Assembly: GCF_009914755.1 (NCBI RefSeq)
Contig: NC_060929.1
Reading direction: 5' to 3' (one strand)
DNA from: the human T2T-CHM13v2.0 reference genome, Homo sapiens
Length of the DNA stretch: 64,000 bases
Below the pieces are notes generated by a model that had not been told where the DNA came from, did no database searches, and saw only the letters and a program-made list of their open reading frames with translations. The position numbers were made by a program, and so were the translations under genes. The first letter of the stretch is position 1; every line of letters begins with the position of its first letter. This document shows positions 15,700-33,692 of this stretch, in pieces.

Positions 15700-15873
15700 T
15701 GAAATTAGCTGGGTGTGGTGGTGCACACCTGTAATCCCAGCTACTCAGGAGGCTGAGGCAGGAGAATCGCTTGAACCTAGGAGGCGGAAGTTAAAATGAG
15801 CTGAGATTGTGCCATTGCACTCCAGCCTGGTCAACAGAACCAGAGTCCCTCTCTAAATAAATAAATAAATAAA
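15700..15873 (+). mobile_element. 5'-truncated Alu (right arm)
   Basis: Right monomer; TSD-like taaattctcaatga / taaatcctaaatga. Confidence 0.85.
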
Positions 15874-16526
15874 TCCTAAATGATATGTACAGAATATGTC
15901 TGGGAAACAGTAGACACCTAATTATTTATATTGATTGACAGTTTAAGGGACAAAAGATTAAAATTACAATTATAGGGTATAATAATAGCTATAATAACTT
16001 TTTTCTCAGTATGGTTGTATGGTTTATGGTTTACTGATAAGTTCACACATTTTTAAATTTCTGCGCATTTTGATGAATAATAAAGAAGTGCCTTTAGCTA
16101 ATCAAAGGCAAGTTAATCACTTGCTCAGGCACAGAAGGGAAAAAAAGCTACTGCAACACAGAATAAAGAAATTGTTCAAGGAAAAGTTTTTCATTCAAAA
16201 ACCACTGCCATAAAACTTCAAAATGCTATGTTTTACGTGATCTTGTTTATTCAAATTCCCAAATTTTTACTCCCAAGGGCTGCATTGGTTTAATCCAAAA
16301 TCCCTTATGTCAAACTGCATAAAAATACTTGTTAAAATGCCATCTTTTGTTATCATGAGTTGGCTACTTAGACAAAAATCCAATTCATGTCAGAATTAAA
16401 GATGTTTATATCAAGTCCTTTAAGAAAGACTGAATGTCAACATAAATTGAGAAGTTGCCTGTTTTCTGGGTATTTCTAATTTTCAGGATTAGCTTATGTA
16501 ATCAAACCTCATGGAAAAACACTCTA

Positions 16527-16878
<352 letters not shown>

Positions 16879-16918
16879 TTTCATTTGCAAATTGTATTTA
16901 AAAGTTGTATGACGTGTT

Positions 16919-17238
16919 GGCCGGGCGTGGTGGCTCACACCTGTAATCCTAGCAATTTGGGAGGCTGAGCTGGGCAGATCACTTGAGGTCAGGAGTTTGA
17001 GACCAGACTGGCCAACATGGTGAAACCCTGTCTCTACTAAAAATACAATAAACAAACAAAAAAACAAACAAATAAATATTAGCCGGGTGTGGTGGTATGT
17101 GCCTGTAGTCCCAGCTACTTAGGTAACCGAGGCTGGAGAATCACTGGGACCTGGGAGGTAGAGATTGCAGTGAGCCGAGATGGAGCCACTGCCCTCCAGT
17201 TTGGGCAACAGAGTGAGATCCTGTCTCAAAAAAAAAAA
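16919..17238 (+). mobile_element. AluS
   Basis: Alu dimer with expanded linker. Confidence 0.9.
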
Positions 17239-18218
17239 GTATATCAAGTGTTTACTGGCCAACATTCTAAAACTCTGGACATTACATGATTTAGAAAGAA
17301 TCTTGAAAATCTACTTAACAAACTAAATATTTTAAAAAGGAAACAGATTGACTAAGGAAAAATAGAATCTGTAAGTGTGGTCCTTTAAGAAATGACAATA
17401 ACCAGTTGTTAAGCAGAAGCAATTGATATTTAAGATGTATTTCTTTTAATTTCCTTTCTTTTGTGTGTATATTCTAATTTGTTATGCAAAGTTTAGGAAT
17501 AATAGTTGTTTTTTTTTAACTTCAACCCAAAAAACTATGATAGTTGGACTTTGCCAGAAGTTTATATCTTGGCAGAAGTATACAAGAAATATATTACTTT
17601 ACAGCTCTTTTTCTTGTCAAAGTCATTAATATTATATAGCCTAGAACTTACGCAGAATGCTAAGTACAGTCAGGCACTTCTTAGTCATTTTCATGATATT
17701 GGTGCTGAATATTAGGCTACATAATTTTAATTCTGTGCCAGATTTACAGAAAAGAAGCTAGCAATCTTTTGATACATTATGGGAATATTGCTATATACAT
17801 AGCATTATAATTATGTTAATTATATATTGTTAGCAGTTATACTAGAAGTTACTTAGATGAGATTGCATTTGGGTACTATTAATACAATAATTGATGTAAA
17901 CCATTTATTTTGTGGTTGTGCTAAACAGACAGATATGTAATTGGCACTTGTATAAACTGAATGCTTGACAAATAGCATCTGCTGTATAAAAATTATCCAT
18001 TGAATTATGGAAAATAAGCCAAACTAGACATTAAAAATGTACAAATCTACTATAAATCTTTATTAATTTCAGCAGCATGGTACTGGTAGATCAATGGATT
18101 GAAACAGATTTCCTACAAGCATATGCCAAAATGTGACTATCTCTTAGACTTTCCCTGGTCCCAGAGGGTCACTCCTTTCTCCCAAAGCCCTTTCAGCCCA
18201 CCCTTTCAGAGTCACCCT

Positions 18219-18577
18219 GTGTCTTAGTCCATTCCTCTTGCTATAACAAAATATCTTAAACTGGGCAATTTATAAATAATAGAAATGTATTTTGCACAGT
18301 CCTAAAGTCCGAGATCAAGGTACCAGCATGTTCAGTGTCGCCAGGGTTTGCTGTCTGCTTCCAAGATGGCATCTTGTCGCTGTGTCCCCTGGAGGGGATG
18401 AAAACTGTGTTCTCACATGGCAGAAGGGACAGAAGGGCTAAAAAGGGACAAACTCACTCCTTCAAGCTTTTATAAGGGCCTAATCACCTCCTGAAGGCCT
18501 CACCTCTTAGTATATTGTGTTGGGTCTTCGGTTCCAATGTGATTTTTGGAGGGACACAAACATTGAAACCATAGCAC
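18219..18577 (-). mobile_element. MST/MLT1A-type MaLR solo LTR
   Basis: tgtcttagtccatt...gctataacaaaata...acattgaaaccatagca termini. Confidence 0.85.
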
Positions 18578-19029
18578 TACAGGTGCCAAGTTCACCTACC
18601 ATTTTCCTCTCTGCTCCTTTATTCTGCACCCACATCCTAACTAGGCACTTTTCTGTTTCAGGCCTTTCCTCTTCCTTTTCTGCTCTCTCAGCGCTTCCAC
18701 TGTCTAAGTTTCAATTAAGACTACTATGCAAATAACCTTCAGTTCTGAGCTAAAGATCCTTTTTTGACTTCTCTTACCTATGCTTCAAACAAGTTTTTGT
18801 CTGCCTATCCGCAACCTTGCCAACATCTCAAACTTAATACGTTTAACTAAATTGGCCTTCACTGCCAAAAGGCCTTCCTATTTCACATAACTTAATTATT
18901 TTACTCATTTTCTTTTAGATCCTGGCTTTCCTCTTCCTGCGTAACCAAAGTTTCTAAAGACTGGTTCCTACCTGACTTTACTTGTTTACCTCCATTCTCT
19001 CCTCAATCTTTGAATTTTCCTCCTTTACC

Positions 19030-19990
19030 CCCAGTCTATTCACTGCAACTGATCTTAAGAAAATTTCCGACAGCTCTATCTTATTTGACCTCTTTGCTCC
19101 TTTTGACAATGTTGACCTTTGTAAATCTCTTCCTCCTTGACTTTCATGATAACTAGCTCTCCTAATTCTCAACCTAGTCCTTTTGTCCTTCTGTGATTTC
19201 TGTTGGGTTCTCTTTCTGTCCACCATGTAAATGTTGGTCTTCCCCTAGGGTTACATCTTTGACTCTCTTCTTCCATTCTATATCCTCTATAGTAAAACTT
19301 TGTTATCATGGCTAGTAGCTGGATCCTTTTCCCATATTCAGATAATTTCTCTATCTTATAAACTTTGGTAGAAGGTAATGTTTGACTTCTCCCTCAAAGA
19401 AAAAAAATAAGCTAGGAATTATCTTTCTCAGTTTTCTTTATAGCTAGGACAGGATAAAAGTGTATAACCAAGACTATCAATCATATACACTCAACGTGGA
19501 ATAGCAATCATAAGGGCTTCCAAGAGACAGAGGTTGTGGAAAGGTAAATTCCTGGGACACCATTGGCAACAGGGCTGCAATCAATCTCCAATATCTAGTG
19601 ACAGTAATACCATATCAGTTCTATGGCAGGATTTTGGATCCTATTTCTCTTTGTGACCTGAGGCTAGTTCTCCAGCCCTCTTGAAAATTATTTGTGATAT
19701 TTAATATCTTTTTGGTAAATTTATTTTCTCCTTTTAAAATATCCAGTGTGGTTTCTGTTGTTTGTAACTAAGAATCCTACACAATTAAATCCTGAGTTTT
19801 GACTCCTACCTATATGCTCATGGATCCCAAATCTATCTCCTGACCTCTGCTCAAACTTCTAAATCTCTGTTGGATATCTCCACAGGCAACTCAAAACTCA
19901 ACATCTCCAAATATGGACTCATCGTCTTCTTCCCAAATCAAACCTATTACTCTTATTATTTTTTATTATGAATACCACAATTCAGCTAAC
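19030..19990. mobile_element. Degraded L2 fragments with an intervening old LTR-like piece
   Basis: taaatgttgg...ttggatatctccacaggcaactcaaaactcaacatctccaaa L2 motifs. Confidence 0.55.
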
Positions 19991-20489
19991 TCCACTCAAA
20001 AGAGGACATCTAGATTCATTCTTATTTTTCACACTTGTTCATTCATAAACAGAGTATGCCAACTCTGTCTTAGGTACTATGACATATCCTAGGTGACTGA
20101 CAAGATAAGTAAGAGACTGATCTCAAAGATGTCACAGTATAGTGGGATACTTTTTTAAAAGAAACGAAAATACTCCATCAACTTTAAAATTCAACTTCTT
20201 TTGCCTCCTGCATGATCTTATTTTATCAATTATATATTTTAATTTGTAAACCTTAAGCCTCTTGCACTTCACCAGATCTTACCCATCAACCCCTTACATT
20301 ATAAACTTGTTTTTCTAATCTTAACTAAACTAAAACTAACTGAATTTAGGAAACTAACCTAAAAAAATCCAATCTAGCTAGATTCTGTAAACAGTAATCT
20401 TTGCTCAGTGATGTCAACTCCTCACTTTTGTAAAATTAAAAAAAAAGTTTAACCAAAATAATGTATGTGTACGTTAAGTAACTTTAAAA

Positions 20490-20640
20490 GTATTAGTAAT
20501 AATAGTTAATAGCGATTGAGTTTTTACTTTGTTCCAAGTATTGTTTTTAGCTTTTCATGGAAATTATCTTATAATCCTCACAACCATATGAAGTAAGTAC
20601 TATTATTATATCCGTTTTGTAAATAAGGCAATGGAGTACA
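20490..20640 (-). mobile_element. MIR
   Basis: aatcctcacaaccatatgaagtaagtactattattatatccgtttt. Confidence 0.65.
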
Positions 20641-20997
20641 ATAACATTTATAATAGAAATGAACAGTCCTCTGCCCCATTTTTTCCAATTGGAAGCTATT
20701 CTACCCAACTCTTTCGCAGTGTCAGTTCTTGTTAGTAACCTTCATATTTATAAATAATGCACTTATACATTATATCTTGATACATCAAGTTTAGACATTG
20801 TCTTTTAACTTGATGATGCGTTAGATAAGACTTTTTCTTACTTACATACCCCCAGCACAAACTTCTGCCTTTACCCCTTCCCCTAGCCCTGACAATATGG
20901 TTACTTATTCTCAAATCGTCTATTAATGGCACTGCCAAATTCAAACACACTTAAACCTGCTTTCCTTGATCTATCAACTATGAAAGTAGTTCATAGT

Positions 20998-21325
20998 TTG
21001 CAGTGGGCCGAGATTGGGCCACAGACAGAGTGAGACTCTAGCTCAAAATAAATAAATAAGTATATATACACACACACATATAAATACATATATATGTATC
21101 CACATATAACATATATATGTTTTATATATATATGTTATATATATATATATATATATGTATATCCTGCTGTACCTGGGCATGGTAGCACACACCTGTAGTC
21201 CTAGCTACTCAGGAGGCTGAGGCAGAAGGATCACTTGAGCCCAGGAGTTTGAGGTTACAGTGAACCATGATTGCTCCACTGCACCCCAAGCTGGGCAGCA
21301 GAGTGAGAGCCTGACTCTAAAAAAT
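20998..21325 (+). mobile_element. Alu fragments flanking a (TA)/(CA) microsatellite
   Basis: Alu 3' piece, (TA)n at about 21060-21160, then a right-arm monomer. Confidence 0.75.
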
Positions 21326-22464
21326 CCTGCTTTTATGGAGCTTATTTTCTATTAAGATGATATCAAACAAGATAAGCAGGTAAAAGATATGGGATGGTCT
21401 AAGGTAACAAAAAATTAGTTGGAAAGGGAGATGTTAAGTGCCAGGTGTTAAATTTTTAGATAACATAATCAGGAAAGTCTCACTAAGGAAGGACTTTTTG
21501 ATTAAAAGCCTAGAGAAAGTGGGGGAAGATGGGGAAGAACATTCCAAGTCGAGGGAAGAGCAAAGACTGTGAGACTATGAAGAGACTGACCTGTTTGCAG
21601 AACATGGAAGCCACCCTGGCTATAGTGAGAAGCTGGGGTCAGGGAGAGGATGATGGCTAAGAAATCAGATCACATAGCCCCCAATAAATCAAGAGGGTTG
21701 GGGGCTGATGCTTTGAGGATTGATTGGAGACATGTTTAGAAGAAACTTCATCGGCATGTGAATAAGAGAGTGTGTGTGTCTGTGTGTCTGTGTGTGTCTG
21801 TGGCGGGTGGGTAGTGGTTTGGGAAAAGGAGGCAAAGTGGGTGACTCCCAAATTTCTGTCTTGAGCAAATAAGTGAGTACAGTTCACAAATACAGTGGAC
21901 ACTGGAGAAAAACTGGTTGGGTGAGAAAGATAATAATTTAAAATTGTAATATGGGAAATTTTAGTTCTTTTGTTTCTCCCACAGGACACAACATTATTAG
22001 GTTATACAACATACACAAAAATGCTAAGTTCAAAAACGAAAGGGAATTCTATATGTCTATCTTTTTAATGGTACTGTGTAAGTATATTTGTCAATTAGCT
22101 AATACTTATTGAGATTCTATTATGTAACAGACACTGTGCTAAGTATTATAACACGTTATCATGAGAAATGTAAGTAAAAATTGTCAGCAATTAGTTGAAT
22201 ATAAAGGTCCGTTGCTCAGAAAAGGGACATGGGAATCTTCAGCACATGGTGATAATTGCAGCCTGCAGTAGATTAAGTCATCTAGGTGTGGTGGTGGAGA
22301 GGGGCAGGCCTTAGAACTGAGCCCTGAGGAGATCTGTCATTTTGTGTTCTGATGGAGGAAAAGCTCACACAGGAAATTTACAAAGAGCTTCGCAAAAAAT
22401 GTGGTGTCATGGAATCCAATTGAAGAGAGGGTTTCAAGAAGGAAGAAGTATCAGCTAATCTTTA

Positions 22465-22822
<358 letters not shown>

Positions 22823-24018
22823 TCATGATAGAGGGCAGAATTCTACTTAGTATATATGCTTTTTGCTGAGAGATCACTATTATAAAACTACATATAATGA
22901 GCATGAGTTTTATTCTAAAATGCCAGGGTACAAGAAATATCACACTCCCACATTTCTTAAATCAAATGTAATCCGTTCTGAGTTGAAGGGAAAATCCAAA
23001 CAATCATTTTTGGGACTCCCTTTGCCCCCTTGGTGGGGTCCTACAACAATGTTGGGTTTCTGTAATGTCAAAATCAAGAGGTTGAGCTGGTCCTTTGTTC
23101 TTCATGTTTGCTGTCATTGCTCTGTTGACTCCAGGATGCTGTTATAGAGCCTGGAGCCTGCCTCTTGGGCATTGAGGCTCCAGACAGTCTCAGAGACACA
23201 CCTATCAGAGATCTTCTCACTGTATTCAGACTGTGACAGCCACAGCCAAGTTAGCGAGAGAGTCACTGCATGCCCCAGGACTTGGTCTCTGCCACTCTGT
23301 GGTGAGTTCCTTCTCTTCTCACCTGAAGCAAGCTAAAAGTCTTTCTTCCAATGTTTGGAAACATGATGTCTTTTCTTGAGTATAAGTATGGAAAGGAGAA
23401 GGTAACCCCAGTTAATATTTTTCTCCTAGCTATGCACAATGTTAAACTTAGGTAACTCAGAAACAACCATGTTTTCAGTTGTTTTCACAAAATATCATGA
23501 TTCAAGTGACTAACAAGTAGAATGTTTAATTTCGCTTCTCTCACTTGAATTTCAGTTCTCTTTCTGGCTCCAGTTTACAGGCTAACTAGCAGTGGAATTA
23601 GATGGCCAACTGTTGGCTCTTCTTTCTTCTGATTGCCTGACATTGTCAGTTCCATCTTAACATCCTTAAGCTCCTGTGAGTTTCCTTTTTATACCTATAT
23701 CTTTTTAGAAAATTTAACGGTAGAAATGGCCTTTATTAGTTGCAGTGGGAAGTGGAAAAGAGGAGGGGATGCAACAGCTCCCGCTCCTGGGGCAGCATCC
23801 ACAGACCCAGTTATCATCCTCCAAAAGCAGTATGTCTATATCTTTAAAGTTTTTGTAGAGGAATTCGGTTGTGACTATCCTTAGATATATATAAAAGTAA
23901 CTAATAGTTTTGAAAAGTTTTCTTATTGAAACTGTTTTTGACTTGATGGGAAAGTAAGAAAGTAGAAATCTAACATTAGAATTATAACTAAATCCTAATC
24001 TGATTTAAACTTAAGTAT

Positions 24019-24302
24019 GGATAGGATGCACTGGCTCACACCTTTAATCTCAGCACTTTGGGAGGCCAAGGCTGGAGGATCACTTGAGCCCAGGAGTTCA
24101 AGACCCACCTGGGCAACATAGTGACACCCCATCTCCACAAAAAATAAAATTAGCTGGGTGTGGTGGCATGCACCTATGGACCTAGCTACAGGAGGCTGAG
24201 GTGGGAGGATTGCTTGAGCCTGGTGGTTGAGGATGCTGTGAGTTGTGATTGTGCCACCACACTCCAGCCGGGTGACAAAACAAGACCCTGTCTTAAACAA
24301 AT
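24019..24302 (+). mobile_element. AluJ
   Basis: Alu dimer. Confidence 0.85.
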
Positions 24303-24568
24303 TAAATTATGCTTCCTTTGACCATTTAAATATTTTGTAGTATTATGACTATGGCAATTGATATGACATGTTTATTACAGTATTTAACATTTGGTTGAAG
24401 AATAGTTAAAATGCTTAAATTTGTTTACAAAAATACTAAAAAATCTAGATACCTGATTTAATACCATATGTAGATATTTTTGTATATTTACATTTACATA
24501 TGTTAACCCCACCACCACAAACATTGGTCTTCTTTAGAAAATACAAGGGAACTGACTCATTTTTCTGA

Positions 24569-24918
<350 letters not shown>

Positions 24919-24920
24919 AC

Positions 24921-27114
24921 TTTTTTTTTTGAGGTCCATGTTTATTCTTCAATACAATACATATACATGATTGTTATACATCTTTATAAAGCAAAGAAAA
25001 ACAGCCAAATGAAACTATGTTCAGAAATTTAAAATATACATGATAGACACAATCACCACGTTATGAATCCTTTTTTAATTTCTTATCAACACCAATAAAC
25101 CTAGTCAGAAAGACTCACTGACATCTATCAGCTGAGATGACAGCAAAATACACATTAGGTAACATATGGACGCTCACACAGCAGATACTTTCTGCTCTTC
25201 TGAATGGGTAGTAGTGGTTGAGTTATAAGCCTTCATGGAAGGTGAAACTGCCCATAGAAAGACCACTTATACAAAGCACAGCCCACTAAAATGGAGCAAA
25301 AAGAAATATAGAACACTTCTAATTGAGAAACTGCAGACTCCAAGCTACGTAAGGAAGTCATCTTAATCCAGGAACCCAACATCTAATAAATCCAGCGCCC
25401 ACTTCCCTTTAGGACAGACGGAAAGCTGCCTCCTGGTAAGAAAATTTCTTAAATCTCAAAAAGGCTTTCAGGGAACATGGTGATGGATAAGAAGACAAAT
25501 TTGGATTCTAACTTAAGAAAAAGGAAAGAAGTAAAAAAATGTAAAAGAGTGCAAAAGCAAAGGCGAAGCTTTGTGGATATTGAGAAGTGGGCTGTGGTGA
25601 TGCTGCAGCACACAGGGACGACAGGACGGCCAGGGGACAGGAAAGAACCGAGTCCGAGGACCACAACCCTCCGGGGGCCTGATGCTGCCTCTCACTTGTG
25701 CGTTTACAAGTGGATTTTCAACCGGGGTTCTGTCATTTGGCCCCCAGCACAAACTAACCCAGCACACACATGCACACTGGCACCCCGTGACGGGTGGCTG
25801 GGGGAGGGGCAGAGGAAGCAGAAGGGACAAACAAGGAATGACATAAAGAGCAGATTCTGTTCCTAGTATCAAATCCATATTTTGACTCTTAAAAGAGAAA
25901 AAAATTGCTAAGCTAATTTCCATAAAATGGATAAAAATTAAGTATTCACACATCTTTCCAAACATACATCAAAGCAAGCCACAACAATGGCAACATGCCT
26001 ACTTACATTTTTGAGGAAAGAAAGCAAATTAATATCAAGTTAGACAAAATAACGGAAAACAAACTTATGGCACTCAACAGAAATGAGCGTTACCAGCTTC
26101 AACCTAGAAATTATTTCCCCAAGTTAGTTCAGGTGAGTCTCTTCCAAAGTTTCTAATGTAACAAATGGGGACATGTGCCCTCCTCTCCCTGATTTTTAAA
26201 TAGCAACAGATTCTGGGTAAGTGTTGGTGTCTTCCAAATTACCAATGTGGCATGCCTTCTCCTTAATAACTTGCGAGGTTTATTTCTCTCCAGGCAGTGG
26301 GAAGTGCCAAATCGGTGCTTAATTTCCTCCATTTGCTAAAGAAAGTGGGAACTGCCTAGTGAATGAGCAAAGCCATAGCATCAATTAAGAGGGTGGAGGA
26401 GAAATACAGCCTCCCAAATCCTAATGACCTGTTGGAAAAATTTATCTCCATAGCCCTGGTCTAGCCAGACTCAGCTTTTCTGAGTCCATGCTCGCATCTG
26501 GCTTGATTCCTCGGCTTTGCAAAGCTCCCTTCTCCCATTAGAGCAGCAATCTACCTAGTTACCAGCTCTCGCTGGAGCAGCCACACAAGGACATGGAGCA
26601 GGGGCAGGATGAACACTAGACTGATAATCTCCCATTTCAAGTAACTCTAGACTGTAATCATCAACTCTGCAATGCAAACTATCCTTAGCACTGATATAAA
26701 AGGCACCCTGCTGGCATGGAGATGCCTTCCCATTCCAAATGTAGAAATTTAACTACAGAATCAAACAAGTTCCATTTTCAAAGTAGAGTCTCCTTTCTAA
26801 ACCTCAAAACAAAACAAAAATCACACCCACTCACTGCAGGGTCATCAGTGGATTAACTTGGCAAAGAAATCATGCCTGTATTTGGCCTGAGCTGTCTCTT
26901 CCATGTGTGGCAGGGTCTGGGGACAGTTTATCTGCCAACGTGAGTCAGAAGGGAAGGTGGATGCAAATTGCACGTCATGCAAAAAATCTCATGCTCGATT
27001 TGGTAGAGAACGCACACCATAGGACAGAAAACGCCCTTCCATGAGGGGCTTCAAAACAGACCCTCGTGTCCTGTTTAGCATTTGAGTGAATGCCAGCTCT
27101 CTGTGGTCTAAGTA
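24921..27114 (-). other. 2.2-kb repeat-free polyadenylated segment (probable L1 3' transduction or 3'UTR retrocopy)
   Basis: AATAAA (tttatt at 24941-24946) lies 10 nt upstream of poly(A) at 24921-24930; directly follows the L1 poly(A); lies inside the shared TSD. Confidence 0.75.
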
Positions 27115-27345
27115 TTTTTTTTTTTTCTAAAATAGTTTTTCTTTTTTTATATACTTTAAGTTCTAGGGTACGTGTGCACAACGTGCAGGTTTGTTACATA
27201 TGTATACATGTGCCATGTTGGTGTGCTGCACCCATTAACTCGTCATTTACATTAGGTATATATGCTAATGCTATCCCTCCCCCATCTCCCCACCCCATGA
27301 CTGGTGTGTGATGCTCCCCTTCCTGTGTCCAAGTGTTCTCATTGT

Positions 27346-31155
<3,810 letters not shown>

Positions 31156-31217
31156 TATGATGTTAGCTGGTTATTTTGCTCATTATTGATGCAGTTTCTT
31201 CCTAGCATGGATGGTCT

Positions 31218-32229
31218 TTACAATTTGGCATGCTTTTGCAGTGGCTGGTACCAGTTGTTCCTTTCCATGTTTACTGCTTCCTTCAGGCGCTCTTGTAGGG
31301 CAGGCCTGGTGGTGTCAAAATATCTCAGGATTTGCTTGTCTGTAAAGGAGTTTTTTTCTCCTTCACTTATGAAGCTTAGTTTGGCTGGACACGAAATTCT
31401 GGATTGAAAATTCTTTTCTTTAAGAATGTTGAATATTGGCCCCCACTCTCTTCTGGCTTGTAGAGTTTCTGCCGAGGGGTCCGCTATTAGTCTGATGGGC
31501 TTCCCTTTGTGGGTAACCTGACCATTCTCTCTGGCTGCCCTTAACATTTTTTCCTTCATTTCAACTTTGATGAATCTGACAATTATGTGTCTTGGAGTTG
31601 CTCTTCTGGAGGAGTATCTTTGTGGCGTTCTCTGTATTTCCTGAAGTTGAATGTTGGCCTGCCTTGCTAGATTGGGGATGGTCTCCTGGATAATATCCTG
31701 CAGAGTGTTTTCTAACTTGGTTCCATTCTCCCTGTCACTTTCAGGTACACCAATCAGACGTAGATTTGGTCTTCTCACATAGTCCCACATTTCTTGGAGG
31801 CTTTCTTCGTTTCTTTTTACTCTATTTTCTCTAAACTTCTCGCTTCATTTCATTCATTTAATCTTCAATCACTGATACCCTTTATTCCAGTTGATTGAAT
31901 CGGCTACTGAAGCTTGTGCATTCGTCACGTAGTTCTTGTGCCATGGTTTTCAGCTCCCTCAGGTCATTTAAGGACTTCTCTACATGGGTTATTCTAGTTA
32001 GCCATTCGTCTAATCTTTTTTCAAGGTTTTTAGCTTCTTTGCAATGGGTTCGAACTTCCTCCTTTAGCTCAGAGAAGTTTGATCGTCTGAAGCCTTCTTC
32101 TCTCAACTCGTCAAAGTCATTCTCCATCCAGCTTTGTTACGTTGCTGGTGAGGAGCTGTGTTCCTTTGGAGGGGGAGAGGCGCTCTGATTTTTAGGATTT
32201 TCAGCTTTTCTGCTCTGTTTTTTCCCCAT
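31218..32229 (-). pseudogene. L1 ORF1, disrupted
   Basis: ATGGGGAAAAAACAG start; ORF pieces MENDFDELREEGFRRS and WDYVRRPNLRLIGVPE...QKHAKL. Confidence 0.95.
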
Positions 32230-33256
32230 CTTTGTGGTTTTATCTACCTTTGGTCTTTGATGATGGTGACGTACAGATGGGGTTTTGGTGTGGATGTCCT
32301 TTCTGTTTGTTAGTTTTCCTTCTAACAGTCAGGACCCTCAGCTGCAGGTCTGTTGGGGTTTGCTGGAGGTCCACTCCAGACCCTGTTTACCTGGGTATCA
32401 GCAGCGGAGGCTGCAGAACAGTGAATATTGCTGAACAGCAAATGTTGCTGCCTGATCATTCCTCTGGAAGCTTTGTCTCAGAGGGGTACCTGGCTGTGTG
32501 AGGTGTCGGTCTGCCCCTACTGGGGGGTGCCTCGCAGTTAGGCTACTCGGGGGTCAGGGACCCACTTGAGGAGGCAGTCTGACCGTGCTCAGATCACAAA
32601 CTCTGTGCTGGGAGAACCACTACTGTCTTCAAAGCTGTCAGACAGGGACATTTAAGACTGCAGAGGTTTCTGCTGCCTTTTATTCAGCTATGCCCTGCCC
32701 CCAGAGGTGGAGTCTACCGAGGCAGGCCAGCCTCCTTGAGTTGTGGTGGGCTCCACCCAGTTCAAGCTTCCTGGCCGCTTTGTTTACCTACTCAAGCCTC
32801 AGCAACGGCAGGTGCCCCTCTCCCAGCCTCGCTGCTGCCTTGCAGTTCGATCTCAGACTGCTTTGCTAGCAATGAGCGAGGCTCCATGGGCGCAGGACCC
32901 TCCAAGCCAGGTGTGGGATATAATATCCTGGTGTGCCATTTGCTAAGACCATTGGAAAAGCACAGTATTAGGGTGGGAGTGACCCAATTTTCCAGGTGCC
33001 ATCTGTCACAGCTTCCTTTGGCTATGAAAGGGAATTCCCTGACCCCTTGCACTTCCCAGGTGAGGCAATGCCTTGCCCTGCTTCAGCTCATGCTCAGTGG
33101 GCTGCACCCACTGTCCTGCACCCACTGTCTGACAATCCCCAGTGAGATGAACCTAGTACTTCAGTTGGAAATGCAGAAATCACCCTTCTTCTGCGTCACT
33201 CACACTGGGAGCTGTAGATTGGCGCCGTTCCTATTGGGCCATCTTGGAACCACCCC
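32230..33256. promoter_or_regulatory. L1 5'UTR: sense promoter (YY1 site), antisense promoter/ORF0 region and retained ZNF93-target segment
   Basis: CAAGATGGCC at the 5' end; ORF0-like peptide on the + strand from 32805; ctgggtatcagcagcggaggc segment at about 32390-32412. Confidence 0.8.
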
Positions 33257-33260
33257 TAAC

Positions 33261-33555
33261 TTTTTTTTTTTTTTTTTTGAGACAAAGTGTCACTGTGTCA
33301 CCAGGCTGAAGTGCAGAGGTGCGATCTCAGCTCACTGCACCCTCTGCCTCCCGGTTCAAGCGATTCTCCTGCCTTAGCCTCCAGAGTAGCTAGGACTACA
33401 GGTGCGCACCACCATGCCCAGCTAATTTTTGTATTTTTAGTAGAGACAGGGTTTCACCATGTTGGTCAGGATGGTCTCGATCTCTTGACCTCGCGATCCA
33501 CCCATCTCGGCCTCCCAAAGTGTGGGATTACAGGTGTGAGCCACTGCACCTGGCC
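33261..33555 (-). mobile_element. AluS (Sc-like)
   Basis: Dimer with aggatggtctcgatctcttgacctc; adjacent TSD copy at 33556-33570. Confidence 0.9.
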
Positions 33556-33692
33556 TCCTGCATAAACTTTATTTCAGGAGAACTAAATAGTTGTTAAGGG
33601 AATTAAAAAAAAATGTGTAACTATATTTTAAACTATATGAAAAACGTGTAGTCAATTCCAAGAAGAAATGATAGATTAGAATGTCATCATTT

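Noticed and set aside
23480-23830. Possible degraded processed pseudogene (faint HMGN-like lysine/glutamate codons on the minus strand)
   Set aside because: No convincing reading frame, poly(A) or TSD by eye; needs BLAST
25449-25965. 129-aa and 150-aa ORFs in the transduced segment
   Set aside because: No recognisable family; the context looks like UTR
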